Of a DNA stretch of 41,617 nucleotides, positions 16,378 to 25,349 are shown piece by piece (the first letter of the stretch is position 1; the number at the start of each line of letters is the position of its first letter). A program made the position numbers and the translations under genes. The DNA is taken from assembly GCA_046703645.1 (NCBI GenBank), contig JBJKSY010000070.1, forward strand, positions 1 to 41,617, given 5' to 3'. The notes under the pieces were generated by a model. The model had not been told where the DNA came from. It did not search any database and saw nothing but the letters and a program-made list of their open reading frames with translations. This DNA comes from Cyclobacteriaceae bacterium. GTDB lineage: Bacteria > Bacteroidota > Bacteroidia > Cytophagales > Cyclobacteriaceae.

Positions 16378-16899
16378 ATGACAATAAAATACAAAGCCTC
16401 TCTCGACCTCTTGGCAATAGTGATCACCCTTCTTGTATTAGGTTTATTTATTTTTATCGGTCAGTTTAGTGTGAAAGGATTATTATCGGCTAAAGGAGAC
16501 ATTTCAGTAATTATTATTCAAGCCCTTGTCCTTTTCTTTCTTGCCGCTACATTCTTCGGGTGTTGGTTCTTCGCTCCTTCATCCTATTCCGTCAATGACC
16601 GATTCCTGATTATCAACAGGCCTGTCGGTAACATTAAATTTCCTATTTCCTCCATAAAGACGATCCAACAGCTTAATCCCGGTGAGATGAAAGCCGTGAT
16701 CAGGACCTTTGGCGTCGGAGGTCTCTTTGGCTATTATGGAAATCATTATTCCTCGAAATTCGGCAATGTAATTTTTTATGCAACCCGCCTGAACCGTAAA
16801 GTCCTTATAGAAACCCGGGAAGGGAAAAAGATCATCATTACTCCAGATGATGACGCCCTCGTTGTCCATTTAAAACAACTTCTTGAGAAAATTTCCTGA
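16378..16899 (+). CDS. Membrane protein with a bacterial PH-like domain
   Basis: I prefer the ATG at 16378, after the upstream stop at 16358. Two N-terminal TM helices are followed by a YSVNDRFLIINRP...IKFPISSIKTI region resembling bPH domains. Confidence 0.45.
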   Translation: MTIKYKASLDLLAIVITLLVLGLFIFIGQFSVKGLLSAKGDISVIIIQALVLFFLAATFFGCWFFAPSSYSVNDRFLIINRPVGNIKFPISSIKTIQQLNPGEMKAVIRTFGVGGLFGYYGNHYSSKFGNVIFYATRLNRKVLIETREGKKIIITPDDDALVVHLKQLLEKIS

Positions 16900-16986
16900 T
16901 CCATAATATTTAATTCAGTTCAATAAATCATAAATATCTGTATATCAATCACTTGATAATAAAATAATTATTTTTATAAAAATATT

Positions 16987-17000
16987 ACTATATTTATAGT
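16987..17000. promoter_or_regulatory. Candidate BlaI-family operator palindrome ACTATA-TT-TATAGT
   Basis: Two 6-bp perfect inverted arms lie 33 nt upstream of the blaI-like ATG in a very AT-rich leader. BlaI/MecI/CopY repressors bind dyads upstream of their own operon. In such AT-rich DNA the dyad could arise by chance. Confidence 0.3.
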
Positions 17001-17032
17001 TATATTATTAAATAAATAATTACATTCGGGTC

Positions 17033-17410
17033 ATGAAAGAACTGACAAAAGCGGAAGAACAGGTAATGCAATGTATCTGGAAACTGGAAAAAGCATTTCT
17101 GAAAGACATTGTAGAACAGCTACCTGATCCTAAACCTGCCTATACGACAGTATCGACGGTTATCAGGGTGCTTGTAAAAAAGGGGTTCCTGAGCTATCAT
17201 AGTTACAGCAAAGTGCATGAATATTATCCCCTGGTCTCAAAGGATGAATATTTCCGGTTTCACCTTAAAGGGATCGTCAATAATTTCTTTAACGGTTCCG
17301 TATCAAGTTTTGCTTCCTTTTTCACGGATGCCGAGAACATCAGTCTCAGTGAGCTGGAAGTTATTAAAAGAATGGTAGAAGATAAGATCAAAGAGAAAAA
17401 AATCAATTGA
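17033..17410 (+). CDS. BlaI/MecI/CopY family transcriptional repressor
   Basis: 125 aa. The LTKAEEQVMQCIW winged-helix start and YTTVSTVIRVLVKKGFL recognition helix are both typical of the Penicillinase_R family. Confidence 0.9.
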   Translation: MKELTKAEEQVMQCIWKLEKAFLKDIVEQLPDPKPAYTTVSTVIRVLVKKGFLSYHSYSKVHEYYPLVSKDEYFRFHLKGIVNNFFNGSVSSFASFFTDAENISLSELEVIKRMVEDKIKEKKIN

Positions 17411-18702
17411 TGAATTTTCTGCTAGCCTATTTATTAAAAAGCAGCCTCATTATGGCCCTGCTTTACCTGTTTTACATCGTATTTCTTTCGGGTTTCACCT
17501 TTCATCGTCTGAACCGGGTTTTCCTGAATCTAATTTCATTATTATCAGTCATTCTGCCCTTTTTATCCGGCCTGATTGTTTTTCCGGGGCAATGGGCAGT
17601 CAACCTGGACCCCTCATATAATTACAGGGAATTTATAAATTCAGGAGAGATTGGCCAGGCAGTCAATCATACGATCCAGGTCTGGTCATTCAGTACAGTC
17701 CTTATTTATGTTTATTTCATGGGTATATCGTTCATGTTTTTACGTGGCATACTTTTGATCCGCAAAATGATCTTGTTTAAAAAACTATCCGTAGTTTCAA
17801 GGTCAGGGAAATTAACCATCATCAGTTCAGATTTGTTTACTTCTCCTTTTTCATTCTTTCATTGGATTTATGTACCGGCAGATTTTCAGAAAATACCAGG
17901 TTTTGAATCCCTGTTAATGCATGAACGTACGCATGCCGAACAACTTCATTCCGCTGACTTGTTAATAATGGAAATCTGCAGTATGTTTTTCTGGTTCAAC
18001 CCTTTTGTCTTTCTTTTAAAGAAATCACTGAAAAGAACCCATGAATACCTGGCCGATAATTCCGTGATCAGCCAGGGAGTTTCCACGCAGGATTACCTCA
18101 GGTTACTGGTATCCTGCATTGAATCAGGGTACTCATCAGGATTGATTCACACATTTAAAAGTTTAACCATTAAAAAAAGAATAGAAATGATAACCAAGAA
18201 TAAAACCCCAAAACTCAGGAAGTATATCTATTTATTGATATTTCCGTTTTTAATTTTACTTACAGTCGCATTTTCCGGCACGTCGCTTGGAAACGGTCCG
18301 CCCAGTATTTGTCCGGTAAAATATATAAAAATTACAAGCGCCTTCGGAATCGAAAGAGTTAACCCTATAACGAAAAAATCAGGACGGCATAGCGGCATCG
18401 ATCTTAAAGCTCCTTCAGGGACTCCTGTTGTAGCCCCGGCATCAGGGGTTATTATGGAGGCCGGATGGGATAAGGACTATGGGTACAACATACTTATCCG
18501 GCATGACAAGGAATTCGAAACTTTCTATGAACATCTTCAGGATATTTCCGTAAAAAAGGGCGATCATGTCACCCTGGGCCAGGAAATCGGACATGTTGGA
18601 TCCACGGGAATTTCCACCGGGCCACACCTCCATTATGAAGTGATCAAAAACGGCGTAAGGGTCGATCCCCAGGACTACTTCGGAAAACAGGATCAGAACT
18701 GA
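17410..18702 (+). CDS. BlaR1-like M56 metallopeptidase signal transducer fused to a C-terminal M23 (LytM-type) peptidase domain
   Basis: The ATG at 17410 overlaps the blaI stop (TGATG). The track start at 17407 is a TTG. There are multiple TM helices and an HERTHAEQLH (HExxH) M56 site. The C-terminal HSGIDL ... GSTGISTGPHLHYEV motifs are M23 type. Confidence 0.85.
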   Translation: MNFLLAYLLKSSLIMALLYLFYIVFLSGFTFHRLNRVFLNLISLLSVILPFLSGLIVFPGQWAVNLDPSYNYREFINSGEIGQAVNHTIQVWSFSTVLIYVYFMGISFMFLRGILLIRKMILFKKLSVVSRSGKLTIISSDLFTSPFSFFHWIYVPADFQKIPGFESLLMHERTHAEQLHSADLLIMEICSMFFWFNPFVFLLKKSLKRTHEYLADNSVISQGVSTQDYLRLLVSCIESGYSSGLIHTFKSLTIKKRIEMITKNKTPKLRKYIYLLIFPFLILLTVAFSGTSLGNGPPSICPVKYIKITSAFGIERVNPITKKSGRHSGIDLKAPSGTPVVAPASGVIMEAGWDKDYGYNILIRHDKEFETFYEHLQDISVKKGDHVTLGQEIGHVGSTGISTGPHLHYEVIKNGVRVDPQDYFGKQDQN

Positions 18703-18750
18703 TATAACCAAATATCCCATTTTAACCCGGGCAGACTACCCGATATCAAC

Positions 18751-18830
18751 AGCAGGATCTTTTTCCCAACTCCTGGCACTGCATTAACCAGGTAAAGATT
18801 TTTAAAATCTTTCAGGAAAAAGATCCTGCT
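18751..18830. repeat. Nested inverted-repeat (hairpin) element
   Basis: AGCAGGATCTTTTTCC (18751-18766) is the perfect reverse complement of GGAAAAAGATCCTGCT (18815-18830). A second small palindrome AAAGATT-N5-AATCTTT sits inside the loop. Confidence 0.7.
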
Positions 18831-18956
18831 TTCCCCCTTATCTCATTCGCATATCTTCTTTCTTTAGCTTCAGGATTAGGCCGGATAAGCAGACAAATAC
18901 TATATTAGGAGTTTATATACCAAGGGTATTCATCACGGTTAACTTACTTCTAAAAA

Positions 18957-20414
18957 ATGGCAACCGAAAAATCAGTTAAGGAATTAATCCTGGCATTGGT
19001 GTCAGTTCTCCTTACTGGAAGCATGTTGTATTATTCCCTGGGGCTCAGCGGGTCCTACGGGTTCCTTTTGTGGTTTGCTCCAATTCCCCTGATGATTATA
19101 TCGTTTTATTCGGGTCCGCGGAAGGCCTTCTTTCTGGCTTTTGCCGCCTATGGGATCGGGATATTCAGTTGGCATTCCTATTTAAAGAAACTCATGCCCG
19201 AATTCAGGGTTGATTTTATATTGTTTTTACAGGCCCTCATCTTTGCCTGCGTGATTGCCCTTTCCAGGAAAATAGTTATCAGAACAAGGAAATGGTACTC
19301 GGTTTTTGCCCTGCCGGCAATTTGGGCAGCAGTTGAATTCATGATCTCAATGTATTCGCATGACGGAACCTTCGGCAACATTGCCTATACGCAATCCAAC
19401 TATCTTTACCTGGTACAAATTGCTTCAGTAACCGGGATAACTGGCATTACCTTCGTAATTTTATTATTTCCGTCAATGGTATCCGTGGGCTGGTACCTGC
19501 GGCAGGAAAAAAGACAATGGATGGCAACAATTTTTGTTCCCTCCTTTCTGCTCGTTTTTGTTTTTCTATTCGGTTTGATTCATCTCAGGCGTAAGCTACC
19601 GGATGATCTCAAAGTTGGGATTTCGGTAATAAAGGAAGGGCTTCACAATAATAGCGGCAGGCCTGACAATTCCAGGGACCTGAGTGTTGCCGGCTTCTAT
19701 GCCAACCAGGCCGATTTGCTTGCCCGGCAGGGAACCGGCATCATTTTATTACCGGAACGTGCTCTTAGTCTTGAAAAAGGTTCGGATTCAAGCATCATTT
19801 CCATGATTTCGAAAACTGCAAGAACTTATCATTGCTGGATCGCTTCGGGATATACAAATCTTGAAAATCAGGTAAAAAGGAATTCAGCCTTTGTGATGGA
19901 TTCCTCCGGCCGGAGGATACTCGATTACAACAAGGTGGACCTTGTCAGTGGATTTGAGAATGTATTTATGCCCGGAAAAAATATCGGGATTTTTGATTAT
20001 CGTGGAGTCAGTGCCGGAGTTGCGATCTGCAAGGATCTCGATTTTCCGGATTATATCCGAAAATACGGGAAGAATCATATTTCGTTCCTTTTGGTTCCGG
20101 CCTGGGACTTCGGTGACGATGCCTGGCTACATTCACGGATGGCGATTATGAGAAGTATTGAAAATGGGTTTTCACTGGTAAGAGCGGCCAGGTATGGGAG
20201 AATTACCATCAGTGATCCTGAAGGCCGGATTAAAGGAGAAGTCTCCTGTACCGATGGCGCAGGCTATAATCTTGTGAGTTATATTCCTGTAGTTCCGCTG
20301 AACACATTCTATACAAGGTTCGGGAATTGGCTGGGTTTCTTTCTTGTTTTTATATCCCTGATTCTTATAATTCTTTCCGTGTTTAAAAATCGTTCAGTGA
20401 ATAATTCTCAATAG
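18957..20414 (+). CDS. lnt: Apolipoprotein N-acyltransferase-like protein (polytopic membrane domain plus carbon-nitrogen hydrolase domain)
   Basis: The N-terminal half has multiple hydrophobic helices. The CN-hydrolase triad context is LLPERAL (Glu), YNKVDLV (Lys) and AICKDLDFPD (Cys). A terminal TM segment WLGFFLVFISLILIIL closes the protein. Confidence 0.65.
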   Translation: MATEKSVKELILALVSVLLTGSMLYYSLGLSGSYGFLLWFAPIPLMIISFYSGPRKAFFLAFAAYGIGIFSWHSYLKKLMPEFRVDFILFLQALIFACVIALSRKIVIRTRKWYSVFALPAIWAAVEFMISMYSHDGTFGNIAYTQSNYLYLVQIASVTGITGITFVILLFPSMVSVGWYLRQEKRQWMATIFVPSFLLVFVFLFGLIHLRRKLPDDLKVGISVIKEGLHNNSGRPDNSRDLSVAGFYANQADLLARQGTGIILLPERALSLEKGSDSSIISMISKTARTYHCWIASGYTNLENQVKRNSAFVMDSSGRRILDYNKVDLVSGFENVFMPGKNIGIFDYRGVSAGVAICKDLDFPDYIRKYGKNHISFLLVPAWDFGDDAWLHSRMAIMRSIENGFSLVRAARYGRITISDPEGRIKGEVSCTDGAGYNLVSYIPVVPLNTFYTRFGNWLGFFLVFISLILIILSVFKNRSVNNSQ

Positions 20415-20704
20415 AAGTTTACCCCCTTTAAGAACCGGGTAGCAAATTCTTTTATCTGAATTTTCCAACAAATTTCAAATTCGGATCTTCAGGCAGGAAC
20501 AATATTCTTGATTTACCTGGTTACAGGAACCAGGTTTTCCGATCAATTTGAACTCATCTTTTTATTCATTATATTACATTTTCCTGGCAGGAATTAAAAC
20601 CCTGAATATCCGGCTGAAGCCAGCAGAAACAATAATTACCAAGAAGGACCTTTAATCTCAGTTACTGAACTAACAAATAATCTTCCCACTAAACTCAAAA
20701 CCAC

Positions 20705-21274
20705 ATGAAAAGACAAAAATCATTATCGCCGATCTTAATCGCATTTTTCATAGCGCTTCTGGCCCTGGCATGCCAGCCCATGAAATCCGACGAAGGTCAA
20801 AATGCCATGGCTTCAAATGCTGTTAAAAAAGCAGTTTGTGTTCTTCATCCCACACAGGGCAAAAATGTCTCCGGAATTGTGACATTTACCCAGGTTGACA
20901 ATGGTATCCAGGTCGAAGCCGATATTGATGGCCTTACTCCCGGTCAGCACGGATTTCATGTTCACGAATACGGGGATTGTTCAGCTCCGGACGGTACTTC
21001 CACCGGCGGGCACTTTAACCCGGATCATAAAAACCATGGCGCACCCACAGATGCCGAAAGGCATGTAGGGGATTTGGGCAATGTAACTGCAGACAGTACG
21101 GGACACGCCCACTTGTCTATGATTGACAATGTTATCAGTTTCAGCGGTCCTCATTCAATTATCGGAAGGGGCATTATTGTCCATGCGGGCGAAGATGACC
21201 TTAAAACACAACCTACCGGTAATGCAGGTGCAAGAGTAGCCTGCGGCACAATAGGTATTGCCAAATCAGAATAG
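20705..21274 (+). CDS. sodC: Cu,Zn superoxide dismutase, lipoprotein or periplasmic form
   Basis: LLALACQ lipobox, GFHVHEYGDCS, the HVGDLGN motif and GNAGARVACGTIG are diagnostic SodC motifs. Confidence 0.95.
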   Translation: MKRQKSLSPILIAFFIALLALACQPMKSDEGQNAMASNAVKKAVCVLHPTQGKNVSGIVTFTQVDNGIQVEADIDGLTPGQHGFHVHEYGDCSAPDGTSTGGHFNPDHKNHGAPTDAERHVGDLGNVTADSTGHAHLSMIDNVISFSGPHSIIGRGIIVHAGEDDLKTQPTGNAGARVACGTIGIAKSE

Positions 21275-21313
21275 GAATGCCGTCAAAAGGTCTTCACCTA
21301 TAATAAATCCCGG

Positions 21314-21350
21314 ATGCCGGTTCTTGTTAATCCAGGAACCGGCATTTTTT
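21314..21350 (+). terminator. Rho-independent terminator after sodC
   Basis: A 10-bp perfect stem, ATGCCGGTTC (21314-21323) / GAACCGGCAT (21336-21345), is followed by TTTTT. Confidence 0.75.
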
Positions 21351-21528
21351 AACGCATAATTCATCAATTCTTCAGGATAAAATTGATTTTTATTTGCAGG
21401 GTGATTTCATTTGTCTTCCTTTAACATATCGGGAGGGATATTGATTCCGGAAAGTGGCGATCTGCTGGCGAAGATGTATATTTATTGATGTTGAAATTAT
21501 CCATATTCATTAATATGGAAATTACATT

Positions 21529-22191
21529 ATGTTTAAAAAGTTAATTTCCTATTTTATTCCTTTTACAAAAAAAATCAAAACCCAATTCAGTGGTCTCCTG
21601 GAAGTCCGCTGGATCAACGGCCATAAAGTACTGGATACTTCCAATGCCAATTATTCTTATGGTTCATCACAAAGGATATTAAAATTTGCCCTTGAGCATA
21701 TTGAACTTGGCGAGGTAGAAAATATTCTTTTGCTTGGGCTTGGAGGCGGTTCAGTGATAAAAACTTTACGCGAACATTTTTCCTTCGCGGGATCCATAGT
21801 GGCCGTTGATATTGACCCGGTGATCATTCGCATTGCTGAAGAGGAATTCTCGGTATTCGAAAATGAAACCACAAAGATAGAATGTGATGATGCTCTTGAT
21901 TTTCTGAAAAAGGACAAAAACTCTTATAGCCTTATAATCGTTGATTTGTTTATCGACAATAAAGTTCCTGATAAGTTTCTTTCCGTTATTTTCTGGGAAC
22001 ATATATGCAGGAGAATGAAAGTAAACGGATTTCTTATTTTCAATTCCATCAGCTCAGTTGATTACAATATAGAACCCGTAAAAGAAGAGCTTGAAGGATT
22101 AGGAATGACCCTTCAGGAATTTAATGAAGTGGAAGGAACGAACAGGATCGTCATAGGGAAACTACTACCTCTCCCTGACGATGATCAATGA
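21529..22191 (+). CDS. Spermidine-synthase-like class I SAM-dependent methyltransferase-fold protein
   Basis: ILLLGLGGGS is a glycine-rich motif I. VAVDIDPVIIRIA and IIVDLF acidic strands resemble spermine/spermidine synthase family proteins. Confidence 0.55.
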   Translation: MFKKLISYFIPFTKKIKTQFSGLLEVRWINGHKVLDTSNANYSYGSSQRILKFALEHIELGEVENILLLGLGGGSVIKTLREHFSFAGSIVAVDIDPVIIRIAEEEFSVFENETTKIECDDALDFLKKDKNSYSLIIVDLFIDNKVPDKFLSVIFWEHICRRMKVNGFLIFNSISSVDYNIEPVKEELEGLGMTLQEFNEVEGTNRIVIGKLLPLPDDDQ

Positions 22192-22341
22192 TCGACTTCC
22201 GGTCTATTTTAAAGTCTTAATTGGTATTTTAATCGAAATGTTTTAAAGAATCGTTATACGACGGCCATTTTATTGAAAATAATAAATCTTAATTTATTTT
22301 GCCTTTAATATTATAATCGGCCTGTTATTTAAAGTGATCAG

Positions 22342-23493
22342 TTAATCGCTGCAATCAGTGGTAAAATACACATTGGGGCTGCCATCTGAAACTACATCAA
22401 ACGGAAGGGGCATGGCCCAGGTGCATACTTTTTCAAGACCGGGCATATCCGTTATTTCGAGTGCTGCATTGGCCAATGATCCTGTGCCAAGGCTTCTGTT
22501 TTCTGAGATATCCAGGCTGGTCAGTAGATTTTTCCCGCACCATAAATACTTTAAGTTGACAAGGTTCGAAACGTCAAGTGTGGTGATTTGATTATCATAA
22601 CATTCCAATAATTCCAGGGAAGTGTTATTGGAAACATCCAGGCTTGTCAATTGATTATTTACACAGTAGAAATTTATTAAGCCGGTCAGATTTGATATAT
22701 CAAATTCACTGAATTGATTATTATAACAACCTAAAGTCTCTAAAGAAGGATTATTGGAAACATCCAGGCTGGTCAACAGACTTCCCCAACATCGCAATTC
22801 CTTAAGCGCTGTATTTTTTGAAATATCAATATTTGAAAACCGGCCACCGCCAAATTCCAGATATAATAAATCAGGCAGGTTGGAAACATCAAGTGATGAC
22901 AATTGGTTATCCTCACAAAAAAGCATGATCAAGCCAGGTTGGTTTGATAGGTCAAGAGAATTTAACTGGTTATGATCACAGCCAAAATATTGTAACTCGG
23001 AGTTTTTCGAAAGATCCATGCCAGTCAATTGATTTTCACTGCACCAGAAACTAATCAATGCAATATTTTTGGAAACATCAATCGTTTTTAACTGGTTGTC
23101 GATACATATAAGATATTTTAAAGAAGTGTTATTGGAAATATTCAGGGATGATAAATTATTATTACTGCAGTCCAGAAATTGCAAGTCTGTATTATAGGAG
23201 GCATCAATAAACGACAATTGGTTATTCCTGCAATTCAGGCAGTCCATGTTGATAAATGCTTCCAGACCGCTGATGTCTGAAATCCCACAATTCGAGACAT
23301 CCAGATTCCTGACAAATTCCGCTTCAATTGAACTTATATTGCCATCCTTGTTTGTATCAACACCTCTTTTAATAAGCGCATTAAGAAATTTATCATCCTT
23401 TATTGTGACAATACTAAGCTGATCATTCTTATTGCACTGAATTAAAAAGATTAAGGGCAACATGTACATCATCAATCTGACTATTAATTTCAT
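22342..23493 (-). CDS. Leucine-rich-repeat (BspA-like) surface lipoprotein
   Basis: LIFLIQCNKN lipobox and a DTNKDGNISSIEAEF segment. Roughly a dozen 21-23-aa repeats follow, of the form LxxLxCxxNQLTSLDVSNNxxL. Confidence 0.85.
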   Translation of the reverse strand: MKLIVRLMMYMLPLIFLIQCNKNDQLSIVTIKDDKFLNALIKRGVDTNKDGNISSIEAEFVRNLDVSNCGISDISGLEAFINMDCLNCRNNQLSFIDASYNTDLQFLDCSNNNLSSLNISNNTSLKYLICIDNQLKTIDVSKNIALISFWCSENQLTGMDLSKNSELQYFGCDHNQLNSLDLSNQPGLIMLFCEDNQLSSLDVSNLPDLLYLEFGGGRFSNIDISKNTALKELRCWGSLLTSLDVSNNPSLETLGCYNNQFSEFDISNLTGLINFYCVNNQLTSLDVSNNTSLELLECYDNQITTLDVSNLVNLKYLWCGKNLLTSLDISENRSLGTGSLANAALEITDMPGLEKVCTWAMPLPFDVVSDGSPNVYFTTDCSD

Positions 23494-23697
23494 GATATAT
23501 CATGTTTAATGTGTTTATAATCAACAAGATAGCAAAAAGAAAAAATATATTTAAATTAAATTTCCATTTTCATTGATTAAAACTGAAGAATATTGATGTG
23601 TCAACAGTTTGTAATTTCTATAAAATGGCCATCAAGTGTATTTTTTAAGCTCGGCCGGAAAGAATATTCTGCCCTCCGGTCCCCGGATTCCCCATCC

Positions 23698-25215
23698 TTA
23701 TTGTTTTATGGAACTTTGAATAAACGCTGAAACATTATTCTTGAATTCAGTTGCCGATGCAGGTTCAACATACATCATATGGCCCGCGTTAAAATATTTC
23801 ATCGTAATATTTTGTCTCAGTTTTTTCTCAAGTCCCATATGGTCAAACGTATATTCAGTCCCGTAAAAAGGTGTTGCCAGGTCAAAGTACCCGTTAAATG
23901 CCAGCACCTTCAGGTCAGGGTTCCGGCTCATGGCTTCCGCCAGATCAACGGCTGTATTTGGAGGAGTCCCTTCACCTCCGCCGTTTTTATTATGTTTCAT
24001 ATCCCACTTGAATCCTTCAGCACCATAAGCATTGGTATGATAGGCATATTTTTTATCCACCTTAAGTTCACCGTAGTAATAATTCATGAATGCGGCTGTA
24101 AAAGCAGGTTCAATGGCAGAACTTTGAGGGTCAAAACGGGCAAATTCACCCAATAGGTCCTGGGAAACTCCTGTATATCGTGCATCAAGTCTGCCCACCG
24201 TTTCGTGGTCCTGCCTCAGCAATTCCTTGGTAAACTGGGGCTCGCTAACCCGTAAATTGGCTTTGAGAATATAATCTTTGCTAAGACCCGTGAACGAAGA
24301 TAATTTTCCGGCAATATCTTCCTTTTCAGAATCTGAAATGGCATCCCCTTTCATGAGTGCATTGGCATATTCACCTCCCGCAAAAGATCTGGCTTTTTCC
24401 AGGAAGGCATTCAAATCAGAGGGCTTATCGGTCAATTTATTATGGTACCATGCTACAGCCGCATAAGTGGGTAAATACAGGATATAGGAAAGATCATCAC
24501 CCTGGGAAAAATCGAGAGTATGAAAATCAAGAACTATTGAAACAAGGATGATCCCATTCATGGTCATACCCATATTTTCCTGCAGGTAATCGGCCACACC
24601 TGCACTTCGCGTGGTTCCATAACTTTCGCCCAGAAGGAATTTCGGGGAATTCCAGCGGTCATTATCAGTTGTATATTGCCTTATGAATTCACTGACTGAT
24701 TTTATATCCTGGTCCACTCCCCAGAAATCCGTATTCTTTGCCTTTCCTATTGCATGGCTTAAACCGGTGCCTACGGGGTCTATTATGACAAGATCTGTTA
24801 CGTCGAGAATAGAATTGGCATTGCTCTCTATTTTATAAGGCGGAGGAGGAGTGACATCCGGGTCATTTACCACAACTTTTTCCGGGCCCAGGATTCCTAT
24901 ATGCAGCCACATGGATGATGATCCCGGTCCGCCGTTATAGGCAAAAGTGACAGGGCGTTTTGAAAGGTCACTTTCTCCGTCTTTGGTATATGCTACATAT
25001 CCAAACAGGGCAATGGGTTCATCCTTCTCATTCCTGAGGATCAATGCCCCTGCGGTAGCAGTATAATTAATGGTTTTCCCGTTCAGGACTATGCTGTGTT
25101 TTGTAACTGATTTGATAGCTGAAGGAATAGTCTGGGTTGAATCCGCCGGTTTGACACCTGCATAACTGACACAAGAAAAGAAAGTCAATATCAACAATGC
25201 AATTACATTTTTCAT
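23698..25215 (-). CDS. Peptidase S10 family serine carboxypeptidase, secreted
   Basis: A signal peptide is present. NGGPGSSSMWLH and the GESYGT nucleophile motif match the family. The C-terminal NAGHMMY carries the catalytic His context. Confidence 0.8.
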   Translation of the reverse strand: MKNVIALLILTFFSCVSYAGVKPADSTQTIPSAIKSVTKHSIVLNGKTINYTATAGALILRNEKDEPIALFGYVAYTKDGESDLSKRPVTFAYNGGPGSSSMWLHIGILGPEKVVVNDPDVTPPPPYKIESNANSILDVTDLVIIDPVGTGLSHAIGKAKNTDFWGVDQDIKSVSEFIRQYTTDNDRWNSPKFLLGESYGTTRSAGVADYLQENMGMTMNGIILVSIVLDFHTLDFSQGDDLSYILYLPTYAAVAWYHNKLTDKPSDLNAFLEKARSFAGGEYANALMKGDAISDSEKEDIAGKLSSFTGLSKDYILKANLRVSEPQFTKELLRQDHETVGRLDARYTGVSQDLLGEFARFDPQSSAIEPAFTAAFMNYYYGELKVDKKYAYHTNAYGAEGFKWDMKHNKNGGGEGTPPNTAVDLAEAMSRNPDLKVLAFNGYFDLATPFYGTEYTFDHMGLEKKLRQNITMKYFNAGHMMYVEPASATEFKNNVSAFIQSSIKQ

Positions 25216-25257
25216 GGTTATAATTATTAATTAAATTTTAAATGGCAAGGTCCATGT

Positions 25258-25283
25258 AAAAAAGCATCCCATAGCGGGATGCT
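25258..25283 (-). terminator. Rho-independent terminator after the beta-helix gene
   Basis: On the minus strand the element reads AGCATCCC-GCTAT-GGGATGCT followed by TTTTTT. It lies 67 nt downstream of the stop at 25350. Confidence 0.7.
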
Positions 25284-25349
25284 CCGGAATTCTCCTATAA
25301 TTAAACTTACTATGTAAAGAATTAATCCGTATCATTCTATATCAGAATT

